From Spongospora subterranea f. sp. subterranea (taxonomy: Eukaryota), in the NCBI GenBank assembly GCA_049724395.1, contig JAUGWO010000023.1, positions 1 to 64,000 on the forward strand: 64,000 bases of DNA, given 5' to 3'. The notes beneath the pieces were generated by a model. That model worked only from the letters and a program-made list of their open reading frames with translations. It had not been told where the DNA came from and ran no database searches. The translations under genes and the position numbers were made by a program. Below are positions 53,387-64,000 of this stretch, piece after piece. Numbering within the stretch: position 1 is the stretch's first letter; the number at the start of each line of letters is the position of its first letter.

Positions 53387-54578
53387 AAACTCATTCATAA
53401 AATTTAATTAGCATATTGTAGTTTCACCAATTTTCTATATCATCTCAAACCTCGTCCTAAATCAAAAGTGCAATCAGAATCCACTTTTCCGAACTTGTTC
53501 GTATCCTGATAGATAATGGTCAGGAATCGGTGATTGGAATGGGGGGAGGGGCAGTGGTCATCTACTTCGAACGCCCTTGACCATCTCCTGGTTCACGACT
53601 CGATCGATCAACGGCGTCGCGTTTGTTCGTTCCCTGGTTTGTTTCTGTTGGAGATACCCTGTCGATCAATATATCGGCACGAAAGGGTGATCGGAAGTGA
53701 AGTAATGCGAATACCGATCGAATATATCTCAGCGGGGACACGAGATGAACCAGATCGGAAATCTGAATCGCGACCGTATAGAATGGATTGTTGATCAAAT
53801 AGAGACGCGACAGGACAGACGATTATCCCTCTCAAGAGAGATTGAGTGATTCCGGAACCAGTTTCTGATTGTCAACGACCCCGTTGTCGCATCGCTCATT
53901 GTCACTTGAATGAAAATTTATCGGTTTGGTGCTGTCGGAACTGTTATTCCTGATTCTGGTTTCCTTCACTGGAACAGAGCGTCTTCTTGTATTGGATCCG
54001 TTTGGAATAACCCGAATCGTCAGGTTGGTCCTGATGAAGTTCATATTCGCTGGTGATGGAATAGGACCGAGGTAAGCGAGGGCGACATAAACCAGATCAT
54101 TGATCCTGTACCGGTTTCAGAGAAAGGGGTATCGATTGGGGGTCGACAACCATTCGGGAACAATGGGACAACTCAACAATATCGTACTGTTCGAGAGGAT
54201 CAACCGGTCGACACTTCCAGGTCAATCTGTTGCTGATTATCAACACCAATTCGCGGAAGGAAACTGAGTCATGAGCAATTGGGCGGGACCGGTTTTATTC
54301 AAATCAGATCTGTTGATGATGGTAAAAGAGGTCGGTGGTGTTGGCTGAAATGGGATATGAAGGAAGGTGTGTTTTGGGTTTGAGGACGGGTCCCACGACC
54401 GATTGGGTTTAATCAGCACACTTTATATCCGACCAGACAAACATTGACGAATATTTTCATGTCGGTATTTTATGGAGAAAATATTGCCAGAGACGACCGA
54501 TATAACAAAGAAATATTAAAAACCGGATCAATAATCTCAGTTACATGATCAGAATATGTGATACTGGACGATTGGGGA

Positions 54579-55313
54579 TCAGATTGTTTGATCTCCAATT
54601 GAGTATTTCACTCGAACACCACCTTTGGCCTTTTGGATTTTATCAACTTTGATCCGTCCAATATCGTTTGTGAATTTGACGTGAGTTCCACCACATTCAC
54701 ACGATAATCCACCTCCAAATGAGACTGATCGCCGGTCACCATTCATTTCAATCGATACGTCGAGACCAGATCCGATGACGTCATCAATAGCGGATTGGAG
54801 CGATTTCACAGCGTTGGCGCGATCTCCAGCTGCGATCTCGCCCATATAATCGACCCAAGCGTTCCCAGGGAAATGACATCCTTTGCTTGGCGTTAGATCA
54901 GGGCGGATCCTCTTCATTGCTTCATCTAGAAGATGGCCGGCGCTATGAAGACGGGCGTGAACACGACGCGCGTTCTCGTCGACCTCGAGCTGAACCGATT
55001 GTTGAACTTGAAATGGCGTTGAACCGGGTGAGAACACCCCAATATGGTCAATCACGTTTGTGTCGCGATTGGAAGACAGCGATCGAACGGTAAATACTGT
55101 TGAGCCGTCGGTGATCGTTCCTGAATCCGATGGCTGACCACCGCCTTGGGGATGGAATATGGTCCGATCCAACACAATATGATATGATGAACCGTCATCA
55201 CCCGCCTTGATATCTAACACAGTGCCGAGCGATTTAAACTGATACGAGTCCAGGAAATAATCTCGAATCGTTGATGGGAACTGAGTCGACCCGCTTTGAT
55301 CAGGTATCGCCAT
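54579..55313 (-). CDS. Free-standing alanyl-tRNA editing protein (AlaX-like)
   Basis: Motifs LDRTIFHPQGGGQPSD, HSAGH (HxxxH) and CGGTH (CxxxH). The start is taken at MAIPDQ. Confidence 0.9.
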   Translation of the reverse strand: MAIPDQSGSTQFPSTIRDYFLDSYQFKSLGTVLDIKAGDDGSSYHIVLDRTIFHPQGGGQPSDSGTITDGSTVFTVRSLSSNRDTNVIDHIGVFSPGSTPFQVQQSVQLEVDENARRVHARLHSAGHLLDEAMKRIRPDLTPSKGCHFPGNAWVDYMGEIAAGDRANAVKSLQSAIDDVIGSGLDVSIEMNGDRRSVSFGGGLSCECGGTHVKFTNDIGRIKVDKIQKAKGGVRVKYSIGDQTI

Positions 55314-56955
55314 TGTGAGTATTGGCGATGGCGAGCAGCGCGTCACTGATATCGACCGGTACGAACGCCCCAACACTGTTCGTCGAAAACGCGGAAACTG
55401 TGTTAAATATATGGATGGGATATTGGTATTGGCGTTCCATGATGGCCAAACCCCGTCACTAATCGCCCTGACAGGGACAGCAGTCTGCTCATGTTTCAAA
55501 ACACAACAGGGTCAGGATATTGACTGAATATTGTCCGTGGCCGTGGGTTGCAGAATAGTCCTTTCGGAACGGCCATCTAATTTTAATCTATTGGAGACAG
55601 TGAACGAACGCTATTATTGTTGGTTGATATCGATAGACAAACAACAATAGATCGAAGAATATCGATGGTCGTAGCCTATATCCGCGATTCCCTACCTGAT
55701 TAACAGTGTTTGAGGATCTCTCCCTTGCAAATACAACCCGGGGGTTTGGGGCCATCTTCTTCCACTAATTTGGGAAAAACCCATGCTAATGCACAGTTCT
55801 GGCCCTAGTGCAATTTGAATGCCTTCACGCAATACAATTGGTGTGTTGTCATCTATGACGCCAAGGCTCATTGCTCAAGGAAGTCAATTTGATGCTGTAA
55901 GCTAATTCAGTTTAGGCCGCCTGGAAAGGGAGAACGTATCATGCAATCGAAGTTAACATGATAGCAGTGAAGCTGATGATAATACTGAGGGGGTCGGTAA
56001 TAGCGGACATAGAATTTATGAATGGTTTCGATTGTGTTTTCATTGGCATATTGTTGGCTAAAACATCACGACCTTATACTCTTTAGAAAAGATATCAGAT
56101 AAACTAAAATATCACAAATATGCAGTTGGCGGCAGAAATGGCGATTTAATTAAAAATAAAGTACAGATCCCGCCTTTTGTCGTTCATTTCTTTAGTATTG
56201 CAACAATCCGATTAGCGTTGCAGTAAAATCAGCCAGCTGCATATGTCCGAATTCTCGCCTAAAAAGATCATCCTTTGAACCTATACCGTTGTTCGTCTAG
56301 AATTGGATGAGATCGAAACTACCAACCGTGGCTGAAGCCAAACCACGGCCTCACCCAATTCTGTCAATTCGGGAAGGTGTATACGTTATGGGTACACTGC
56401 TGTACCTCGGGAATAGCTTGAAGAGATCAAATTGGATTCTGCCGTCGAAAGGACCGACGGCTTTTACACAGCAACGACAGATCACGTCTCATCCGTTCAT
56501 ATAGCTAACGTGAAAAATCGTCTAACATGATAGAACATGATCACATATGCCAACTCGGCAGTTAAGTGTTTTTGGTCGGTGAACACAATGTATGAAAACA
56601 TAACGAGAGGCGGTTTCACACGATTCCTGGATCCGACCGTTTGTAGCAATACTCTGCAATAGCTGGCCGTCCAGTGAGTGCCGGTGTACCCGTAGGGCCC
56701 ACTTGTTCGGGGCCAAAGATGCACGTCTGGTAAAGGTACACTCCCAGTGACGAGGGCCCGACGGCAACGGACACCGACTGGGGCCGCGCGCCTGACTTGA
56801 TAATCCCGTTGGGCCAAGTAGTATACCATAGTCGCAGAGATCAAGTTTGGGTTAAGGTCATCCCTCCTCTGGTTTTTGCCCCTTCAGTAACCCATTCTTT
56901 CTCCACAAAGAAACTTGTCTCGCAGAGATTGCATTGCCTGTCCATCCTCATATCC

Positions 56956-57344
56956 ATGGTACGCAATGGCAAATTCAAAGCTTTGTAATCGCGAATTGAC
57001 TATATGAAGTGACACATTGATTTGAAGATCGTCCATAGAAATTATTCATGTTTTTGGCAATCATCAAAACTCGTTTTTTATCATTATTTGTAGGCAAACC
57101 CTCGGAAGCGCGCGGCTCAACAGTTCAATAGCAATATTACAAAGCGGGGGCTAATTTCTGACCAGCGTAAAGTCAGATCTTAATTCATTTGAACATCTGC
57201 AATATGCTAACTGGTTCTATGATTTAGTCGAAGTCTGAGAGTTCAAGCCCTGTTGGCCCTGTCATGCTAGGATTCTTCCTTTTCGTTGTCGTCGGATCAG
57301 CTTTATTCCAGATTATTCAATCCGCAATGAGCGGTCTTTTCTAA
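56956..57344 (+). CDS. SERP1: RAMP4/SERP1 small tail-anchored ER protein (3 exons; absent from ORF track)
   Basis: Spliced translation: M|ANPRKRAAQQFNSNITKRGLISDQRK|SKSESSSPVGPVMLGFFLFVVVGSALFQIIQSAMSGLF*. The NITKRG and PVGP..LG.F.FVV.GSA.FQII motifs are present. Confidence 0.88.
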
Positions 57345-57431
57345 TATATATGTTGATCTTCTCCTTCCGTTCTTCATACGGGCTGATCCAATCAGGTCTA
57401 TCTGGATCATTGTCGAGTACCGCTCTTGATT

Positions 57432-58123
57432 ATGGCGTCAATTGCTGATCGAGTCTTCTCAATATTTCCTTTCGGACTGCAGCCTGGGTTTGATTTATCT
57501 GGATGGGAATCGGAAGGTAGTCGCTGCTCTAAACTCTGCTGCCACAACGCTCGATGACGTTGATTAGTTGTCGATAGCTCTCTATCCGAAATGACCATCA
57601 CCCACGATCTACAGTTGAAAAGTGAAGTGGTTGAAATGATTAGCGATGCGTTTTTCAAAGTGGCAATGTCATTTCCGGATGAGTCGAAAATTATTGGGAC
57701 CCCATTCCGGTTCATGACTCTTCATCTAAAAAATATCGAGAGGTTCGTCGCCTTTGAAGTTGAACTTGAAGACGATGTTGGAAAGAAGCGGACGATAAGA
57801 TTCTCCTCGGCTCAATCTCTGGCAAGGTAAATGATTCCGATTTCCCATGAACCTCCTTTCGGATATTGTATCAATTTAGGTGTAAAGATAACATTGCCAC
57901 ATTGCCCATGAGACTGATTTCAGGATGGAACCGTGTTATAATTGACATCGATACTCTTTGCAATCGGTTGTTTGGCACTCATTTGCGGCATTCGATTCGC
58001 GTTCGAGTATTCGCCAACTGCCGCCTACGCCGGATCTTCTTCCACGATCAGATGTTGCAAGAACATGAACTGCCCCAATCGTTGCGTGTATTCCCAGACA
58101 TTGATGTACCATTGCAGGTTTGA
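57432..58123 (+). CDS. CFAP20/BUG22-domain protein (divergent paralog)
   Basis: Motifs LKNIERFVAFEVELEDD..KRTIRFS, LPMRL.SGWN and RVRVFANCRLRRIFF, with two short introns. Confidence 0.85.
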
Positions 58124-59964
58124 ACATCAAGATGATCATTAAAAGGCATTAAGCCATAAGTCGCGTTAAACATTTAAAAAAACAGTTGAGACTTCAATCA
58201 CAACATCCCATGATGGTTTCAACTTGTGACAATCGCGCCATTTAAACTGGCTGAATCGATGAACGTTGGCTATTCTAGATCCCTGACAGATTCCTATTCG
58301 CAAGTTTGTTAATCAATCAAAATCGAGGCTCTGGAAGAACGTGAACGTTCGAGCATAGAAACCATTAGGTGGCGGTCAAAAGAAAGTTTGACATCAATTT
58401 CCTCAAAACCAATGAGTTGTAGGATAATAATCTCGATACGATTATGGTGTTCATGATTGGGTCTTTAACTGCCATTTCCTTGAGAAACATACTGTATTTT
58501 TATCAAATTTACGGGTGAATTTTGCTGACTCTCTAGTCAGGCCAGTTGCGAAGGCCGAAAGCCGCCTTTAACCAAGCCATGGCTGCGTTGTATCAAAAAA
58601 CTTTGAGGCAATGCGTTAGATCTGAAGACCGTCATCATGCTAGAATAGGCCCAGTGGCAAAATCTCTCACCAGACTGAAGAGAGCAAACTTCAACGAAGC
58701 GCTATCATGCAGAGTTCCGATTGAGTTTGACTGGAATAGAGGGATCATTGTGGACAGGCTCAGGCTGGTATTGCTATCAATCGGGACCTACCCACGTACC
58801 ATGTTGAGTAATACGGTTGTGCAGACTTAGAATACAACCTCATTCTGACAAAACGTGAACAGAGTAATTTGAACGATGAATGATCAGTGGCGTGAATGGT
58901 CTGTTGGTTTAGTCAGAGGTCGCTCTGTAAAGCCCCATAAAGATGAGTATGGTGACAAATTGTGTCAAGGAATTGAGTGCTGATCCACGAGGCGAAACCA
59001 TGTAGTTTGTGCCACAGCAGAATTGTCAAAGCAACATGCAAAGTCGTTGAAAACATTTTCGAAGTCAATTCGGCAAGATTAGATTGCAGAACTCTAAAAA
59101 AAAACATCTTCAACCTGACTTGACTCAATCTATGTATCTTCAGATTGTCGCCAGTTCCGACAGCGCGTCACGATCCTACAATCTATGACGCATCGTCCAT
59201 CAAGCCCATGTAATCGATAGCAATATGAACACGCTCACTACAACTGCAACTCTGTTAGACACCGAGCAGAGTCGCTGTAACACCTGTAACACGCGCCTCA
59301 CGTGTCGAAGCAACGTAATGGTTGGAGTCACTGTTCGCACTTTTGAATTTTAACAAAATCTTAATTCGCTGTTGTCACTTTTGTGGCCCATTGGCCTTAA
59401 ACTCAAGGGGTTTGGAGTCGTCTGTTAGGGTCAAACCGGCACCATTCGGCGATGGAGCAGGCCCCCTCTCCAGGGCGCTTGAATACGATGGCCATCAAGA
59501 TTGTCCACGAGGTCACGCAGGAGAAGTACCAATCGGGCAGAAAAAATGAAATCTGCCTGTGCTTGCAGAAACTTGCTTTTTGTCCAAAAAGATTTAGTGT
59601 TGGACGATGAAGTCGTTTGACCCTACTGTTGTGATGGGTCTAGATCGTTTCCCTGAATATTAACCGGTCCAGGTCTCACGGGTTTGTACAGTAGTAAAGA
59701 GATTATCCAAAGTTCACTGGATTTTGGAAGGAAGGACTCTTGAAAAATCGGGCTGTGGAATCTTTCGGAATTGAACCTTCTGAATCCAAGTTCACAAGAA
59801 AGACACATACTTTGGCCTAAAGATTGATCAAGGAATTACTTCCACACGACTATGTACTGTATTGCCAGAGATTTGCCGTTGGATCAAGGGTCGATTACAG
59901 ATGATGTTTACACCACAGAAACCTTAAACGCTATTGAATTTCTTACGATGAACTCCTCCCAATA

Positions 59965-60832
59965 TCATTTATTAAGGTTTTTCGAGTTGTTTAGCGGTGG
60001 CAGAACCAACACAGTATCAATATCCTGGATACCTGATCGAATTACACTATCACAGGGACGAAATCTCAGATCAAAATGTGTGAGTTTCGGCCCATAATTT
60101 CCTGCCCAAAATTGGCGATCTTTTCCTGACCATTGGAATGATAATGAACGAGTACCAATGGGGATTCTTCTCAACCCAGGACCATTTCCGCCATTTTCCA
60201 CTAGCAGGATAGTTGATTATTGGTGAACGAGAGGTGGATAATGTGGATAAATTGATGTCGTAAAACTTGATTGCGATAGCGATTTGCACGTCCTGATCGT
60301 TTCTGGAGGTGAACAAGAATGATAAGTGCAAACAGGGCTGTGAATCAAGGAATAAGGGATCAAGATCAGACAGATCCACATCCTGTTGAACATTGGCCCA
60401 CATATAGGAGGCCACCCAACACGCCTTGAGAGAAAATGGGATCGAATCGGCCCCAATTGCCTGTTCTTCAACGCAAATCTGTGAACCGCCTGAACGAACA
60501 TCCCAATTCTCTAATCCTCGCGCCGCATCGGGATTCAGTATTAAATTACGATAATATCGTAGATATAAAGCCTTAAACGATGGAATATAATCAGGTAAAT
60601 CGAGTCTCATCCTGTTTTGTAAAGCGCAACACATTGATCTCCAAAACGGTTTAGATTCTGCCGATTGGAGCCAGTTTTTACAGACAAAGATGGAAGTTTG
60701 ATAGACGTCATGAAGACCTATTATATGGAATAGATCGGTGAGGAGCAGAAACCGGGACCAATCCTCTCTAGTGGTCACGGTCAGATTCTCAAGCTTTATT
60801 GCCGGTTCAAAATATTGGCTCATTATCATCAA
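59965..60832 (-). CDS. F-box + F-box-associated (FBA, glycan-binding FBXO2/6-like) protein (+1 frameshift near 60168)
   Basis: RNLILNP..GLENW and C..ASY.W....Q.VDL, followed in the alternate frame by GKDRQFWAGNYGPK. Confidence 0.82.
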
Positions 60833-61460
60833 TCAACTACCGATATCTATCGCAACTCCGTCGGCGCCACTGGTTTATTGGCAGATCATTAGGAGTATCA
60901 AATATGGAAAAAAATCATTTTGTGCCAAGTTATAATATGAGAAATTCCAAAAATTTTATCACAGACGACCAATTGACTATTATTGATGGAATTATTATGG
61001 CTTCAACCACTGAGGGCGCTCTTTCTTGTGACAGACAAATCCGTTTATCTCGTATATTACTAGAACTGAGTAATTCTGCTAAATCCCAGTCACTTAGTTG
61101 ATTTATAATCGGAAAAATGCATTCCAATCACATGAAATCTGATGGTTAGTCAATTCCTGTATAGCTTAACCAGTACCGATCTCTAATACTATTTCTATAA
61201 TCTCCTTCTTCTCGATTTCAATCCGCCAACCTTCATTCCGCCTTTAGGTTTGCATCCCACCAAAGCAAGTGCTCTCGTGAGCCAATGGGGGATCCCTGGT
61301 TCGATAGTGTTGGACTCCAGCGAGCGGCTGATATCCCCCGTATTGCGTTAAATGACGATTTAAGGGGTTTTGTGAGAGCAGCCCTTGGAGTTGGACCCCC
61401 ACCCAGTATTCCCATCAGCAATACGATAACTGGAATCATTTGAGCAATTGGATATCACCA

Positions 61461-63176
61461 ATGAGGTACCCAGTTGGGGAACAACACCGATATGAGGATT
61501 GCGATGACGACGACGACACCATGGGAAAGGGCAATCTCAACGTATTCTCGGGAATGTGCCTGGTCATGGGGCTGATGATCGGTAATCGAGCGAACCGACT
61601 TCTGGTTGTTTGCTCACATTCCTGAATGCGCTGTTAGGGTCTGGGATATTCTCGACGCCCGGTAAGGTGGTAGAGCTGGCCGGTTCTCCAGCAATGGCCA
61701 TGGGTGTATGGATGATCGGTGGGTTTATCACCTTTTGCGGGACCTTGTTAGTAAATCCAACACTATATTCTCACCTTCACTAACTTTCCCCAAAACAGTT
61801 CTTATATTGAGCTTGGGGACAATGCTGTCAAAGAACGGTGGAGAACAAGCCTATCTTGAAGCTGCTTTCCAAACACCCAAGGCACTGATATCATTTATGT
61901 TCTGCTGGTCGATGATACTCTGCATAAGACCTGGTTCTGAAGCAGCCGATAGCATCATATTTGCAAAGTATATCGTTTATCCGTTTGCTGAAAATATCAG
62001 TCAGAGCGTCTTCATCGAAACGCTGATCGCCATCGCCGGGATTTCATCGATCACCATCATAAACGCGTTCTCGACAAAAATAGCCGTGATCGTCCACGAT
62101 GCACTGACACTAATCAAAGTTGCAACGTTACTGTTCATTTCCACTTTGGGGATATTAATCGCCACTGGAGCAGTTTCCATCGTAACTCCAACCTCAAATT
62201 TTGCAAAAGGATTAGCCGGTTCGCATACAAACCCGAGCAACTACGCATCGGCGTTTTACCTTGTTTTCTGGGCCTACGATGGCTGGAACAATCTGAACTA
62301 TGTAAGATATTCGGTCGGGGTTTGCTGCTTTTCTCTTACGACTGAGCCATTTTAGGCAGCTGGAGAATTTACGGGATCCTGTTAAATCTTTACCCAAAGC
62401 TGCTGGATTTGCAGTGCTCTTCGTCACATCTCTGTACCTTCTAGCAAATTTTGCCTATTTCACAGTAATTCCGTTAGAACTCATCGTGTCATCGTCTGAA
62501 CTGTTCGCCGGCGAGTTCTTCAAGATCGTTTTTGGGAACACTTATGGGTCCAAAGTATTTCCAGTCCTGCTGGCCCTATCGTCGTTCGGAGCCGTATCTG
62601 CGATGGTTTTCAGTGCCGGTCGGGTTATCCATGCGGCTGCTAATGCCGGTGTAATCCCCATGTCGTCATATTTCAAGCACGTGCATCCCAAATTCAAGAC
62701 CCCAATTAGGTGTTTGATGTTGAATTGGTCGTTGTGTGTTATATATATCGCTGCTCCTCCTCAGGGAAGTGTGTTCAATTTCCTTATTGATCTTGTATCC
62801 TACCCGACATGGGTATTCTACGGTAGGAATTCAGGTTTTTCCCTCAAGTCGACCACTTAGATGGCATTTTTTCACAGGGCTATCAGTAATTGGATTATTA
62901 TGGATGAGGGTATCACAACCTCGGTTAGTTCGTCCTTTCAAGGTCTGGCTTCCTTTGACTGTCTTGTTTATTTTGGCGTCATGCTTCCTGGTTGGATTCC
63001 CTTTTGTTCCAGTGTCCACCACTGAATACCCTTATTTCCTTCCCCCTCTGATTGGCATTGTCATTATCGTATCGGCAATACCAATCTGGGCGATTTTCGT
63101 CCGGAATAACGACCAGATTGACCCAAACTTCGGGATCCCTGCTAAGAGAAGCGAACAGCCCATGGCGACAGCCTAG
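61461..63176 (+). CDS. APC-superfamily amino-acid permease (LAT/MUP1-like), multi-exon
   Basis: Motifs MIG|SGIFSTP, ELGTML.KNGGE..YL, WAYDGWNNLNY, ELRDP..LP and RPFKV, with about 12 TMs. The start may be 61521. Confidence 0.93.
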
Positions 63177-63227
63177 ACGAACCCGAAACGTCACGCAATG
63201 TGCCTTTAAATAGTAATAAACAATATA

Positions 63228-64000
63228 TTAAGTAGGTAGATGATGTTTGAAAACATGTTCGTCAAGATTTCTTTGCTGCTGAAACTGTTTTGTACAAAGT
63301 TTACAAGAAAATCGTGGTTCATGACTGCGCCTATGAAAGGTGAGCCCAGACTTTTGCTTGAATCGTCTCGGGCATAAGTCACACTGGAACAGCTTCTCCG
63401 ACGAATGTATCATCTGATGAACCTCGAGATGATCTTTGCGGCGAAAGGGCCTACAACATACCTAAAGCCGATCGATAAGAGCACTGATTGGAGAGGTCGT
63501 TCAACATAAGATACCTCGCATTGATACGGTTTAACTTGCAGATGAACAACTCGATGCTTGTTCAGCGCAGATAATGTCTTGAAAGTTTTAGAACAAAAAT
63601 CGCACGACACGTCAGTGCTTTGATTATGAATCTGAGGACACGTTATAGATATAGCGAAACCGACGGAACAAGTAGCGCATTACCTTGGCATGACGCAAAA
63701 GAGCAGTTTTTGAACGAAACGACATTGAACAATTCTCGGCAGAACAAGGGAATGGGCGCTCCCCCGTATGCGATCTAAGACAAACAAATATGAATGCTCA
63801 ACAAATATTTAAACCATAATCATTGATACCTGTAGTGAACAGTTAAACTGTCTCTTCTGGTAAACGTCATGGAGCACTTGGGACAGCCATGAAGACGACC
63901 TTCTTCCTCTTCAGCATTTGATGTGCTCCGTCCAACCCCATCGATTGTTAAACGCGGACCTTGACTATCGCCCAGGCTTGGTGCCATGGCCGATGCGGAA
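63228..64000 (-). CDS. C2H2 zinc-finger protein (5' end outside window)
   Basis: Repeated CxxC..F.....L..H...H units with KPYQC/EKLFQC linkers across several exons. Confidence 0.88.

Noticed and set aside
53400..54400. Possible minus-strand gene
   Set aside because: Only short open frames are present, with no recognisable motif or consistent splice model.
58200..59550. Possible degenerate gene
   Set aside because: No long frame or identifiable domain.

Overview
This is eukaryotic nuclear DNA, compact and gene-dense, with many ~50-60 bp GT-AG introns. SPAG6 and CFAP20-family genes point to a flagellated protist; a plasmodiophorid or other rhizarian is a guess only. Bases 1-~14.5 kb are a transposon graveyard (gypsy RT/LTR, MULE-SWIM, Harbinger Myb/SANT, copia integrase, TIR elements with telomere-like repeats) that also holds three copies of a repeat-rich membrane-protein family. 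The rest carries about 22 cellular genes: cytochrome b5 reductase, two tandem beta-tubulins, a bisphosphate nucleotidase, SPAG6, homoserine dehydrogenase, AN1 zinc finger, TBC-PH, PRA1-like, SPPL protease, PrsW-like, degenerate MoxR-like, TPR, 2-aminoethylphosphonate transaminase, proteasome alpha-7, F-box/LRR, PAF-AH-like, AlaX, RAMP4, CFAP20-like, F-box/FBA, an amino-acid permease and a C2H2 zinc finger. The most striking non-genic signals are (i) short-spacer fold-back inverted repeats built from four different transposon types (MULE-like, Harbinger, LTR gag, hAT), which are candidate hairpin-RNA/siRNA source loci but could partly be amplification or assembly chimeras, and (ii) a ~20-copy 113-bp tandem array followed directly by a ~135-nt hairpin between divergent genes. 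Several conserved genes carry 1-2 nt indels, mostly in short homopolymers, so the assembly probably has uncorrected errors. All family calls come from motif recognition by eye; no searches were run.
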